A stretch of 64,000 nucleotides of DNA from a virus. Position numbers and translations under genes: made by a program. The notes beneath the pieces are model-generated. The model ran no database searches. It had not been told where the DNA came from and saw only the letters and a program-made list of their open reading frames with translations. The DNA is taken from positions 25,838-89,837 of the IMG/VR virus record IMGVR_UViG_3300013099_000002; one strand, written 5' to 3'. Positions 18,184-27,397 of this stretch are shown one piece after another. Every line of letters starts with the position of its first letter. Positions within the stretch are counted from its first letter, which is position 1.

Positions 18184-18660
18184 TTATTCTTTGTGAGTTG
18201 ATATTTCTGATTGTAGCTCTTCAATCTTGTCATCCACCCACGTTTTTGCAAATTCGTAAGTATCTTCAATTTCCTCATGTGAGCAAGGTACATGAAGCGA
18301 TACTTGCGCCTTTACATTTTCATAATTGCCGATATTAACGGTAAGCCCCAAACTTATACCCACATTTACTGTAGGCCCTACATAGTTTGAGGCATTGGCT
18401 AATTTAATCTGAATATTCTTCGTGGTGCCATCTGGATACTCAAGACTTACATTCCCAGTTGGTTCCTTCATGTTGAATATTTCGCCATCAGAAACTTCAT
18501 CACCATCAACCAACAATTTAGTTTCCTTAGATTGTTTAGCAATATCTTTGGTTTCTGGTTTCTTTGCAACGGTTTTTTTCGCTACAGGTTTTTGTTTTGC
18601 TTTTTTCGGTGCTTCTTCTTCTTCCGTGGCGGTACTTTTCTTTTTTATTTTTACTGGCAT
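18184..18660 (-). CDS. hypothetical protein
   Basis: V.ISLG.T.NIGNYEN.K..V motif; MPVKIKKK N-terminus. Confidence 0.75.
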   Translation of the reverse strand: MPVKIKKKSTATEEEEAPKKAKQKPVAKKTVAKKPETKDIAKQSKETKLLVDGDEVSDGEIFNMKEPTGNVSLEYPDGTTKNIQIKLANASNYVGPTVNVGISLGLTVNIGNYENVKAQVSLHVPCSHEEIEDTYEFAKTWVDDKIEELQSEISTHKE

Positions 18661-19146
18661 TTATTTCTCCCAATTATGGAACACAATTTTTGAGGCTTCT
18701 TTTAAATCCTGCTCGGCATCTAATTTAGCCCCACTCAATCCTCTCCTAATATCGGCAAAGGTACATAATAATTTTACTTGATTAACAGTGTAGTATTTAT
18801 TCCGTTTATCATCTTGAATAAAACCGGTAGGAATATCTTTATTTTTTATCCACAACCGGATAGTTTGTAGACCTCTACCAATTAAAGTACAGGCATCTTT
18901 TATGGAATAACATTCAAGGGTTTTTCTGCCGTGTAAATTTAATGTCACCACTTCAAAAGAATCAAACGGTTTTCTTGGTTTGGGTTTCCGTTTTGACTTC
19001 TTGGCATTTTCAAGGCGTACCTTTTCCCTATAATTTGGGTCGTTTTTATATCGTTCCCTTCGTTGCTCATTGAAATCCGCTTTATTGTCATCGTACCACT
19101 TTTTAAAGGGTTTCTTTTTTGGTCGTTTCTTAATTTTAACTGGCAT
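18661..19146 (-). CDS. MerR-like HTH DNA-binding protein
   Basis: YSIKDAC.LIGR..QTIR.W.....IP......R.YT..QV. Confidence 0.65.
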   Translation of the reverse strand: MPVKIKKRPKKKPFKKWYDDNKADFNEQRRERYKNDPNYREKVRLENAKKSKRKPKPRKPFDSFEVVTLNLHGRKTLECYSIKDACTLIGRGLQTIRLWIKNKDIPTGFIQDDKRNKYYTVNQVKLLCTFADIRRGLSGAKLDAEQDLKEASKIVFHNWEK

Positions 19147-19180
19147 TGTTTATCTCCTTAACCTTATTTCAGTTTTGACA

Positions 19181-19209
19181 ATTATAATTTATTTAAGGCT
19201 AGAAGTCAA
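19181..19209 (-). promoter_or_regulatory. sigma70-type promoter
   Basis: TTGACT-17nt-TATAAT. Confidence 0.75.
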
Positions 19210-20549
19210 TTCTTTATCTTCACGGTGCAACCAATATCAGCATACCATTTTCTCCGGTTGTTATAGTATCCTGTTAGTACGTTGCTACACCTGTCAACTA
19301 CATCAAAGACTATCGGCTCTTTTTTGTCTGGGTATTCCCGTAAAATTCTCCCGACTATTTGAACCACATCTGACCGAGGTGTTCCCAAAACTGCCGTATC
19401 CAACCATGGAATATCTGTGGCCTCTGAAGTCATGGCATAAGTTGCAAAAATCACTGGTTTTACTTTCGCCCGTTCTCTATCCTTTTTTGATAAACCCCCC
19501 ACGTAGAAAGACATATCTTTCTGAGGAATAGCATTCATCACACAAATCTCATAAAGCCTATCAAGATGCGCTTTCATATCTGAAAATACAATAATATTTC
19601 GACCTTTGGAATAAGCAGTTTTTATGAAGGTGCCTATCATTTTGTTTCTGGCAACGCTTTTGATTAAATATTTATTTACCCCTTGGATTCGCCCTGGAGT
19701 ATGCGGTAATGGAACCTGTTTAAATCGACCATTTACTTTTCTAGGTACCATTGGAAGCTTGAACGTGGAATTAACTACCAGTATCTTTGGTATCATTTTC
19801 ATTTGTTCGGTAGCAACTCTTACTTTACCGATATGAGCCGCTATAACAACGTCCTTACCGTCTTTTCGTTCTGGGGTTGCCGATAACCCCATTCTTAATT
19901 TTGCAGGCAATAGCCATGCGCTATTGCTGAAATGGTCAGCCGCCACCCTATGCACTTCATCCCAAATAACAAAACCAAAATCAGCCCATGTACTAGGTGC
20001 GTATTTTCCGGCCTTCGATAAAGATTGAATCATACCTATGCAGAACTTCTTGCCTTTGGTATTGCATGAATCACCTTGGATAATTCCAATTTCAGAATTT
20101 TTTAGTCCAAGTATCATTTTTGCGGCATCTATCCACTGGTCACGTATATCTTCTTTGGTCACAACTATTAAGGTTTTACGCCCAACATTGTGAATCATCT
20201 GCATAGCACAAATTGTTTTTCCGAAACCAGTTGGAGCCCTAACAACAAAAGACTGTCCATCCAACAATAAAGTTGAAGCTTCATTTACCACTCTTGCTTG
20301 TTCATCACTTCTGGGTTCAAATATTGAAGTAAATTTTACCGGTACCCCAGAAACTCTTTTATCGACACCCATAGGGCATACTTGTCTGGGTAGTAAAATT
20401 CGGTGTTGAGTGCCTTCTCCTATTTCCCTGAAAAGGGTTATCGGTTCTTCATACCGACTCATTAAGGAAAACTTCTTTTTTAGTAAAGGGGAGTATGGGT
20501 ATACAGCCGCCTCTTTTGTAATCAATGGAACTTTATTAGTCCAAGTCAT
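19206..20549 (-). CDS. superfamily II (DExH) helicase
   Basis: APTGFGKT, DEVH, LSATP.R.DG, Q.VGRILR. Confidence 0.92.
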   Translation of the reverse strand: MTWTNKVPLITKEAAVYPYSPLLKKKFSLMSRYEEPITLFREIGEGTQHRILLPRQVCPMGVDKRVSGVPVKFTSIFEPRSDEQARVVNEASTLLLDGQSFVVRAPTGFGKTICAMQMIHNVGRKTLIVVTKEDIRDQWIDAAKMILGLKNSEIGIIQGDSCNTKGKKFCIGMIQSLSKAGKYAPSTWADFGFVIWDEVHRVAADHFSNSAWLLPAKLRMGLSATPERKDGKDVVIAAHIGKVRVATEQMKMIPKILVVNSTFKLPMVPRKVNGRFKQVPLPHTPGRIQGVNKYLIKSVARNKMIGTFIKTAYSKGRNIIVFSDMKAHLDRLYEICVMNAIPQKDMSFYVGGLSKKDRERAKVKPVIFATYAMTSEATDIPWLDTAVLGTPRSDVVQIVGRILREYPDKKEPIVFDVVDRCSNVLTGYYNNRRKWYADIGCTVKIKN

Positions 20550-20640
20550 TTCTATCTCCGTAAAATGATTAGGGAACCCTCAATACCTGCAAAGGTGTGA
20601 TGAGCTAATACCAAGAATCCCCAAATCAAAACCTTAAAGC

Positions 20641-21327
20641 TTATACGTCATCATCATATTGAGCTTCTTCATCATCATCATCAACATCCGGCTCCGCGCC
20701 AACAGTTAAGGAACCAAAGCCCTCATCACGAAGTTCTTGGGCTGTTTTGTAAGTCAAAATTTCTTGGTAATCATAAGGCATAGCTTCCTTATATTTTTTA
20801 CCCAAAACAGATAATGTTTTCTTCTGTACGAAGTCGAACATATCGCCAACACTTGCCGCTTTTTCACCGATACGCGAAACTTCAAAAGTACAACCAAGTA
20901 AACCTTTACGCTTGGTAGCAATTTTTTGAAGCTGTTTCAGTGTTTGACGTTTGGCTACAAAAAGTCGTCTTTCGTCTTTATGTACTGAGCCGTCTTTTTT
21001 GGAAGTCCATTCTGAGTGGTCAATAACCGTAAATACGCCAACTAATGAAGGTGTATCTCCACCCTCACAAATAGGGCAAGGTTCATCCTCACTGGTACAT
21101 GCATACCAATTTTGCCACGAACCGTTTAGATTTAATTGATGTTCCAGAAATGTAGTGTTGTCTAGCAGTCCATCTGGTAATAATTTACCGTCAAGAAATG
21201 TGATAGTTGTTTCAGCATCTTTTGGCATCCAGAATCTACGAATAAACCCCTCTTCCATTTGTTTTGCTTTTTCATCCGCAGCCGCCATTTGTTTTTGACT
21301 GGCCTTGCCTTTCTTCAAAAAACCCAT
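20641..21327 (-). CDS. single-stranded DNA-binding protein (gp32-like)
   Basis: RRFW, H......W....C......CPIC, acidic C-terminal tail; start reassigned to MGFLKK (AGGAG RBS). Confidence 0.75.
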   Translation of the reverse strand: MGFLKKGKASQKQMAAADEKAKQMEEGFIRRFWMPKDAETTITFLDGKLLPDGLLDNTTFLEHQLNLNGSWQNWYACTSEDEPCPICEGGDTPSLVGVFTVIDHSEWTSKKDGSVHKDERRLFVAKRQTLKQLQKIATKRKGLLGCTFEVSRIGEKAASVGDMFDFVQKKTLSVLGKKYKEAMPYDYQEILTYKTAQELRDEGFGSLTVGAEPDVDDDDEEAQYDDDV

Positions 21328-21398
21328 TGTACTTCTCCTAATATTACACCTGACCGGTGTTTGATTAAATAAAGCTAAACTTATCGTTAGCTCATACA

Positions 21399-21426
21399 AT
21401 TATACATATAAATTATCTATTGTCAA
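21399..21426 (-). promoter_or_regulatory. sigma70-type promoter
   Basis: TTGACA-16nt-TATAAT upstream of ssb. Confidence 0.85.
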
Positions 21427-21427
21427 A

Positions 21428-21664
21428 TTAGTTCATTACGTGCTGTTCTATCTGTATGCCTGTGTAAAGTTTGTTGGAAAAAATATCATGCTCAGTACAA
21501 AGGTTGACAATTAAATGGCCTACAAGGTCTGTTGCAGAACCACCATCAACTTTTAAGGTTACTAATTGCTCCGGTTCAATTTGTGCAAGAAACCAAATCA
21601 ACCGATTTAATCTAATTCCTTCAGTCACGTTCAAAGTGCTGAAAGGTTCTTCTTGTTCGCTCAT
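21428..21664 (-). CDS. hypothetical protein
   Basis: 78-aa ORF coupled to primase. Confidence 0.6.
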   Translation of the reverse strand: MSEQEEPFSTLNVTEGIRLNRLIWFLAQIEPEQLVTLKVDGGSATDLVGHLIVNLCTEHDIFSNKLYTGIQIEQHVMN

Positions 21665-22635
21665 TTCTCATCCAGTGTTAAGTAGGGTTCAAGTGCTTCG
21701 TATATTTCCAGCTCGGTCATGTTTCCGGCATCATCCTGTTCTTCTGTTGGTATTAAGTGAATTATTGCAGAGTTCTTTAAAAACTTATCTAAGCCCTCTC
21801 TTGCCATGTTTCCTCCTTTACCATAGTCGTACAAGGTAATAACATCTAACGCGCCTCTAATACGCTCTATTTTCTGCTTACCCATACCGCAGGATAAACT
21901 GCACATCACATTTTTATAGACTTTTCGTATCTGAATAAAATCGAATACCGACTCACATAAAACTACGGTCATTTCGAGGTCTACCCATTCTTCTCCAAGC
22001 CACGGTAATTTATTCCAATGATTATTGTATTTATAGGCATTATACGAAGGCGTGGTGCCTTTTAAGATTGCTCGCCCATGCAATCCCATCAACTTCCCAT
22101 CAAAGTCTCTTAAAGGTATGCATACGCGCTTATATTTTGAATCGAACCTGAAATCAAGTTCGTGTATTTCTAGTGGTGTTAATCCACGGCTTTCTAGGTA
22201 TAACAAACCATCCTTGAAGAACTTTGCTTTCTTAAAGGACTCCAAGAATGATTCGGCAAATATCTTGGTTACAACTTTAGGTTTCACAGTCCCATTCTCA
22301 TAGTCTGGAATATCAAGTTCGGCATTTTCATTTTCGTCAGCAATCAGTTGCAAAGCCGTAGAAAAATCATAACCCTCATCTGAGGTTGCCCCTTCATGTT
22401 TTAAGTCGATAACCATATCCATTAAATCACCATGGGAGTTACAGCTAAAACAGTAAAATCTTGATTGTTCATTAGGTTTCTTTTCCACCCCGAATGAAGG
22501 GTGGTTGTCTACACCGCCTTCATGGAACCAAGGTGCAAAAACACAAGTGGCTAACACCCAATCATCCCTGTTTTGATTTTCGCATGGCTCAGAGCCTAAT
22601 GCTTTTAAAAATTTATGTATACGTTGCTCATCCAT
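21661..22635 (-). CDS. DNA primase (Zn finger + TOPRIM)
   Basis: C....H..G.D..PSF...CFSC, YL.SRG, VLCES.FD, YDY...G, DAG. Confidence 0.85.
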   Translation of the reverse strand: MDEQRIHKFLKALGSEPCENQNRDDWVLATCVFAPWFHEGGVDNHPSFGVEKKPNEQSRFYCFSCNSHGDLMDMVIDLKHEGATSDEGYDFSTALQLIADENENAELDIPDYENGTVKPKVVTKIFAESFLESFKKAKFFKDGLLYLESRGLTPLEIHELDFRFDSKYKRVCIPLRDFDGKLMGLHGRAILKGTTPSYNAYKYNNHWNKLPWLGEEWVDLEMTVVLCESVFDFIQIRKVYKNVMCSLSCGMGKQKIERIRGALDVITLYDYGKGGNMAREGLDKFLKNSAIIHLIPTEEQDDAGNMTELEIYEALEPYLTLDEK

Positions 22636-23053
22636 AACCGTTAGATATTCTCCATACAGTTGTTTTTCCTACACCTAATTTAGATGCAATAGCTCTAGTG
22701 GTTTTTCCCTCCTCTAATAATTTTTTTACTTCTGATTTTATTTTAGAAGTTTTGTATTTAGTTCTGGTGTAAGGTCTACGATTGTATGTTTGCTGACTAG
22801 GTGTAGCCCAGCGACAATTATCTTTTGAGTAGCCCTTACTGTTATCCCGTCTATCAAGAGATAACCCTTTTGGGCAGGTACCCATATCTTCAAAGTAATT
22901 GGAAAAAATCAACCACCTATTGCAGACAGCTATACCTCGCCCACCATAATCTTTATCATTTTTATCAGCACACCTAGCTTTCATTTTTTGCCATCTTGAA
23001 TATTCAGGGTTACGTTTACCATTTAACCTTGACATACCGTGTGTTTTTTTCAT
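22628..23053 (-). CDS. HNH homing endonuclease with C-terminal HTH
   Basis: THG.S, W..MKARC, YGGRGI.VC.RW, SLDRRDNSKGY..DNCRWAT, terminal HTH. Confidence 0.88.
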   Translation of the reverse strand: MKKTHGMSRLNGKRNPEYSRWQKMKARCADKNDKDYGGRGIAVCNRWLIFSNYFEDMGTCPKGLSLDRRDNSKGYSKDNCRWATPSQQTYNRRPYTRTKYKTSKIKSEVKKLLEEGKTTRAIASKLGVGKTTVWRISNGYG

Positions 23054-23166
23054 AATAACTCCAAAAAAAAAGGACAAGTTGCCAGTACCCACTCATCCCG
23101 ATTCTGAACATCACACGGTTCAGAACCGAGAGCTTGCAGGAATTTTACAATCCGTTGTTCATCCAT
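23050..23166 (-). pseudogene. truncated duplicate of primase N-terminus (38 aa)
   Basis: Hand translation MDEQRIVKFLQALGSEPCDVQNRDEWVLATCPFFLELL* versus primase MDEQRIHKFLKALGSEPCENQNRDDWVLATCVF. Confidence 0.9.
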
Positions 23167-23642
23167 TATGCAAGGGCATTAACCTTCACAGTTCTGGCAT
23201 TAAGTCGCTCAATTTGTGTGACTGCTTTTATTTCATTTGGTGTCAGGTATTGTTTTAATTCAGTCAATTTAAAAGAAATCAGTTTGAGTACCAATGCTTC
23301 ATCAATATTATCCAGCAAATCAATAATTCTTGACTTATCAGTAATCGTGGTTTTATTTCCCTTCATCCCAATATCAGCTAAATAATCATCAGTGGTTATC
23401 ACCGCTTTTTTATCAGCATCATATTGCTCATCAGCCAACACCAATAATTCTGCCTTAGCAGTTGAATAAGTTTCCTGTAATGGCATTAAGGCTTGAGCGT
23501 GGCGTTCCATTGCTTTTTGAGTTACGCCCATCACATCCACCAATTCTTTGATAGCATCAGATTGTATTGCCGCTTTTGCTTTTGAAGCAAGTTTCTTTTT
23601 AGATGTGGTTTTTGTTTTCTTCTTATTAATTGTTACTGGCAT
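23166..23642 (-). CDS. hypothetical protein
   Basis: 158-aa ORF after promoter; MPVTINKKK N-terminus. Confidence 0.8.
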   Translation of the reverse strand: MPVTINKKKTKTTSKKKLASKAKAAIQSDAIKELVDVMGVTQKAMERHAQALMPLQETYSTAKAELLVLADEQYDADKKAVITTDDYLADIGMKGNKTTITDKSRIIDLLDNIDEALVLKLISFKLTELKQYLTPNEIKAVTQIERLNARTVKVNALA

Positions 23643-23700
23643 TTTTGTTACCCCATTGGTTTAAGCCTCATTCCCGAAGTAGGAATGATAGCGTAGGTTA

Positions 23701-23728
23701 ATTATACATACATAATTTTAATTGTCAA
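23701..23728 (-). promoter_or_regulatory. sigma70-type promoter
   Basis: TTGACA-16nt-TATAAT. Confidence 0.85.
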
Positions 23729-23740
23729 ATAATTATTTAT

Positions 23741-23754
23741 TGCAATCAATTGCA
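23741..23754. repeat. 14-bp near-palindrome (copy 6)
   Basis: TGCAATCAATTGCA exact, 12 bp upstream of a -35 box. Confidence 0.95.
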
Positions 23755-25101
23755 TTAATATTGCAAGTCCTCCACGTTTTCTTCCATTTGCGGTAGCTCT
23801 TCTTCATCACCAAAATCCATTTCAGCGTGTCCGGCCTTATCGTCCTTGTCGTGGTATTTTTCTGTATTGAGTTCCGAGAAATCCATATAAGGCCATGTAG
23901 AAAATTTCCAGTTAATTTTAAATGAACCGGTTTCTCCGTTCCGACCTTTCAATACTTCAATTATTTTTACGTGGTCATGGAAGGATGGAAGGGAGGGGTC
24001 ATTTTCGCCCGATACCCCCAGTACTACCGAAGCAATCTGACCAATGGCATCTGAGCCACCAATATGCTGAACTCCAGTTTTGCCTTTTTCTGCCGCCTTG
24101 GTTTGTTCCCGATTGAACTGGTAACTTGCCACAACAGGAATATCTAAAGTACCGGCTATTTTTTCTTTTAGCCCTTGTATTGAATCTGCTATCTGTTCGT
24201 GTTTTGCAAATCCCGATTCTGACTTCAACATATACGCCCCATCAACATAAACACAATCTGGTTTTAATTGATGACAAAGTAATGCAATATCATTTACTGA
24301 AGCTGTTAAGTTTCCATCCACAATCCAGAAAGGAGGTTTCCCTTCATCTTCGGCATTTTCGGATAGTACATTGAATACTTTATCTTTGAACTTGGGAGGA
24401 ATATCCCCAGTTTTAATGTAGTTTGCTGGTACATTTGCTTGCATTGCCGCAATACGTTGTGACAGTGCTAGTGGGTTCATTTCCATAGACACCACAAGCG
24501 GTACTTTACCTTGTAGCCATGGATGCATTGCCATGTGCAAAAGGTTGTAGGTTTTGCCGGTTCCTGGCCTTCCGACAATAACCAGAACATCCCCACCCAA
24601 TAAACCACCCGTTAAGCGGTCTAAATAAGGCCAACCAACGTGAATACCATCTTCCCCCAGCCATTGTTGCATATAATTATCTTTAATCAACTTATAGGCT
24701 TCTGTAGTGTAATTCACCATTTTTTGTCGGTTACGTTTTAAGGTTAAATTAACCACCTCATCTTGTAACAGTTCTAAGGCCGCTTTCGGTTGTTTCTTTT
24801 TTAACGAACCTTGAGCTTCCAACATTATTTTCTTTAACCGTTGTTGGAAGTACCGGTTTTCAAAATGCTCCAGATAATAGGTTGCCGGTTCCGTCACCGT
24901 AGGCAATTCCACATCTATCTGTTCTTCTATTGTATCGGCATGAGGGAACACCCCATGAGCTTGTACGTGGTCATCCACGAAAGTAAATAGGTCATCTTCA
25001 ATACCTAAGAACAATTCTTTGCTTAACCCCATTTGTAAATAGTCTGATAATTCCCCCTCAATTATTAGACTTGATATAAGTTTCGCACCAACTGACTGCA
25101 T
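23755..25101 (-). CDS. dnaB: replicative DnaB-like helicase
   Basis: LDRLTGGL, GRPGTGKT, SMEM, VDG.Y, QFNR, IG.SDAI.Q, K.RNGE.G. Confidence 0.9.
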   Translation of the reverse strand: MQSVGAKLISSLIIEGELSDYLQMGLSKELFLGIEDDLFTFVDDHVQAHGVFPHADTIEEQIDVELPTVTEPATYYLEHFENRYFQQRLKKIMLEAQGSLKKKQPKAALELLQDEVVNLTLKRNRQKMVNYTTEAYKLIKDNYMQQWLGEDGIHVGWPYLDRLTGGLLGGDVLVIVGRPGTGKTYNLLHMAMHPWLQGKVPLVVSMEMNPLALSQRIAAMQANVPANYIKTGDIPPKFKDKVFNVLSENAEDEGKPPFWIVDGNLTASVNDIALLCHQLKPDCVYVDGAYMLKSESGFAKHEQIADSIQGLKEKIAGTLDIPVVASYQFNREQTKAAEKGKTGVQHIGGSDAIGQIASVVLGVSGENDPSLPSFHDHVKIIEVLKGRNGETGSFKINWKFSTWPYMDFSELNTEKYHDKDDKAGHAEMDFGDEEELPQMEENVEDLQY

Positions 25102-25165
25102 AGACTACTCCATATTTTTGAGACAAAGATACCCCCACCGGTCTCAGTTCCGGCTAAGGTGTCTT

Positions 25166-25735
25166 TTATAAAAAAGTGTAATGACTGTTTAAATGGTCAT
25201 ACATTGCCTTACCGTAGGCTAATTTCAACTGCTCCATATCCTCAACATAAAGTATGGTTAAATTGCTGGAACATAGGCGTTTAATTAACAAGCCTTGAAG
25301 GTTATTAATCTGCCAGTCAGGTACGGTAATACCTTTCTTTGGAATAAAGAAGTTTGGAATAAGTAAAACATCTGACTCATCTTTATCCCCATCCTTCATT
25401 TCATCCAATAAATCTTGAACAATAACAAGCCTCGCATCAATAAAGTTACGAATCAACTTACCAGCCATCAACATCATTTTTGCTTCAGGTGAATGAAGCT
25501 GTGTTGAGTTGTTTGTGATAACCAGCCCAGCACTACCCTCAAACCGGTATTTCCTGCATTGAATAATGTATTTCCATTCTTTACGAGAACAGACTTGGTT
25601 ATCATCCTCAGACCAAATAAATTTTTTAGGCACACCTGTAGCCAGTGAAATCTTATCTAAATTTTTCACTAAGCTCATGTGAATATCTTTATGAAGCACG
25701 TTCGATTTAAAGGCTTCTTCTACCATAGTGGTCAT
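25166..25735 (-). CDS. possible degenerate helicase loader (DnaC-like)
   Basis: Between initiator and DnaB; DVLLI and L..R....L.TI pattern but no intact Walker A. Confidence 0.45.
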   Translation of the reverse strand: MTTMVEEAFKSNVLHKDIHMSLVKNLDKISLATGVPKKFIWSEDDNQVCSRKEWKYIIQCRKYRFEGSAGLVITNNSTQLHSPEAKMMLMAGKLIRNFIDARLVIVQDLLDEMKDGDKDESDVLLIPNFFIPKKGITVPDWQINNLQGLLIKRLCSSNLTILYVEDMEQLKLAYGKAMYDHLNSHYTFL

Positions 25736-25804
25736 AATTACTCCCCCTATCTCCTGTATGTTTTTTATAAATGGTATTACTACCGGCTTATTATTGCAAC
25801 TTAG

Positions 25805-26791
25805 TTATTCATCATCCTCTTCCCAGTCAAACTTCTTACCATAGTTCTTGTTAGTTGCAATGGTTTCTTCCGTCACCGAAAAGCTTGGAATTGCCATCTT
25901 AAATTTAAGTAAGTATGGAATCATCGGAGTAACAGGTGAATTGAAGGCTGCAAAGCCGTTCTCGCAGTGCTGAGTGAATTCATACCATTTTCCGATAAGG
26001 ATACCAAGGGTCTTGTATTTATCCTCTTCTATCGTCACCATAAGCGTATCCAGCATTTTCTTTTCAACACCTATTACAGTCGGCACCGTTTTTAACTTAT
26101 CCTTGTAGCATACGGTCATGCATTTTCTCCAATAATCAGAAACCCTTTTCGGGTTATATTCTGTTTCGGAAAATTCTTCAATCAGTTGGTCAATAGTATA
26201 ATCTTCGGATGAATCAACAAAGTCTTTATATAATTCATTAACCGTATAATTGCTTTTAGGTTTTACTATTGTTTTAGTTTCTTTTATTTTTCCTTTATTT
26301 AGTTTATTTCCCGAATCAGCTTTAATTTTCGGAAATGTCTTTAATTGATTCTCCGAAGGTGAATCCATGTTTATCTTATCTGTTTTCTTATTTGTAGTTA
26401 TAACTGGTATAGGTTGTTGCGTTTCAACTTTTGCATTGTTGCTTTTGCCACTATCCATTGTTGCATTTCCAACAATGGTGAATTCCGTGTAATAGGTATC
26501 TGAAAACGAGTACCAAAGTGTCCGGTCATAAGTGTGTTTGTTGTAGTTTCCGGTTATCAATACCTCTTGTTTTTTTAAGCTGGCTAGTATCCTCTTAACC
26601 TGTTCATACGTCCAAAAGTGATACAGTACCGCATAGTATTTTTTTGAGTTATATGTCCAAGCTTTCCCTTCATGTATATTCTTATTATCTGCTTTATTTT
26701 TTATTATCCAGAATTTAAAGTTTTCCAACATGATAGCTTCATTAACCCCGAATCTTGCCGCAAGGTCTGTATTAAACAATAAGCAATCCAT
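25805..26791 (-). CDS. replication initiator / replisome organiser
   Basis: F...LA..FGVNEAI.L....FW...N......G..W.YNS...F.....L..L.....L..GNYN...DRT.WY winged-helix N-terminus. Confidence 0.75.
   Translation of the reverse strand: MDCLLFNTDLAARFGVNEAIMLENFKFWIIKNKADNKNIHEGKAWTYNSKKYYAVLYHFWTYEQVKRILASLKKQEVLITGNYNKHTYDRTLWYSFSDTYYTEFTIVGNATMDSGKSNNAKVETQQPIPVITTNKKTDKINMDSPSENQLKTFPKIKADSGNKLNKGKIKETKTIVKPKSNYTVNELYKDFVDSSEDYTIDQLIEEFSETEYNPKRVSDYWRKCMTVCYKDKLKTVPTVIGVEKKMLDTLMVTIEEDKYKTLGILIGKWYEFTQHCENGFAAFNSPVTPMIPYLLKFKMAIPSFSVTEETIATNKNYGKKFDWEEDDE
26414..26478. repeat. candidate origin iterons
   Basis: TTGTTGC at 26414, 26436 and 26458 (22-bp period); perfect 9-bp inverted repeat 26455-26478. 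Confidence 0.5.
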
Positions 26792-27339
26792 TAAGTATCC
26801 TCTTCAATATAGTCAATATCAGTCGGGTTTAATTTCTCCTTATAGTCACCCAAGCTGACCACCGAATTAGTAGCATTAAGTTTCGGTAGCGGCATTGGTT
26901 TTATATACTCCTTATTTAGTTTCAATAAATAAAAATCTTTAAGCAATTTACGGTTATCAAAAGGGTCAAGAAAAAACATATCTTTAACCTTATCCAGTAA
27001 TACATTAACTATGTTTTTTTCCCGAAACCATTTGTGTAAAGCTTCTGGGTGGTTGTAAGGAATATTAACCACGCATCCACCCACCAACGAAAGCCGTGTA
27101 TCATTTTTTTGTTGCCAAGGTATATGAGGAAAATAAGAAAGCATTTGTTCTTTTGGTTTGAATGCCAACACACTTGTTTCATGGTTTTTAGGTACCAGTC
27201 GAATCCGCATACCCACAAAAGTTTGAGGCCCCTGAGAATCAAACAAAGGTTTCAATCCTATTTGATAATCCTCAGATTCCAACACCACCGCATAATCAAA
27301 ATTTTTACCAGTGCCTTGCATCTTCTTTAATTCTTGCAT
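26791..27339 (-). CDS. hypothetical protein
   Basis: 182-aa ORF, GGAG RBS, coupled to initiator. Confidence 0.8.
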   Translation of the reverse strand: MQELKKMQGTGKNFDYAVVLESEDYQIGLKPLFDSQGPQTFVGMRIRLVPKNHETSVLAFKPKEQMLSYFPHIPWQQKNDTRLSLVGGCVVNIPYNHPEALHKWFREKNIVNVLLDKVKDMFFLDPFDNRKLLKDFYLLKLNKEYIKPMPLPKLNATNSVVSLGDYKEKLNPTDIDYIEEDT

Positions 27340-27368
27340 TGTATTACTCCGTTTTGGTTTGAGTGCTT

Positions 27369-27397
27369 ATATTACCGTATAATCTTTAAATTGTCAA
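27369..27397 (-). promoter_or_regulatory. sigma70-type promoter
   Basis: TTGACA-17nt-TAATAT. Confidence 0.65.

Noticed and set aside
22628-23166. Group I intron interrupting the primase
   Set aside because: No room for a ribozyme core, and the downstream primase is already complete with its own N-terminus. The TTCTGAAC/GTTCAGAA inverted repeat lies within the duplicated coding stub
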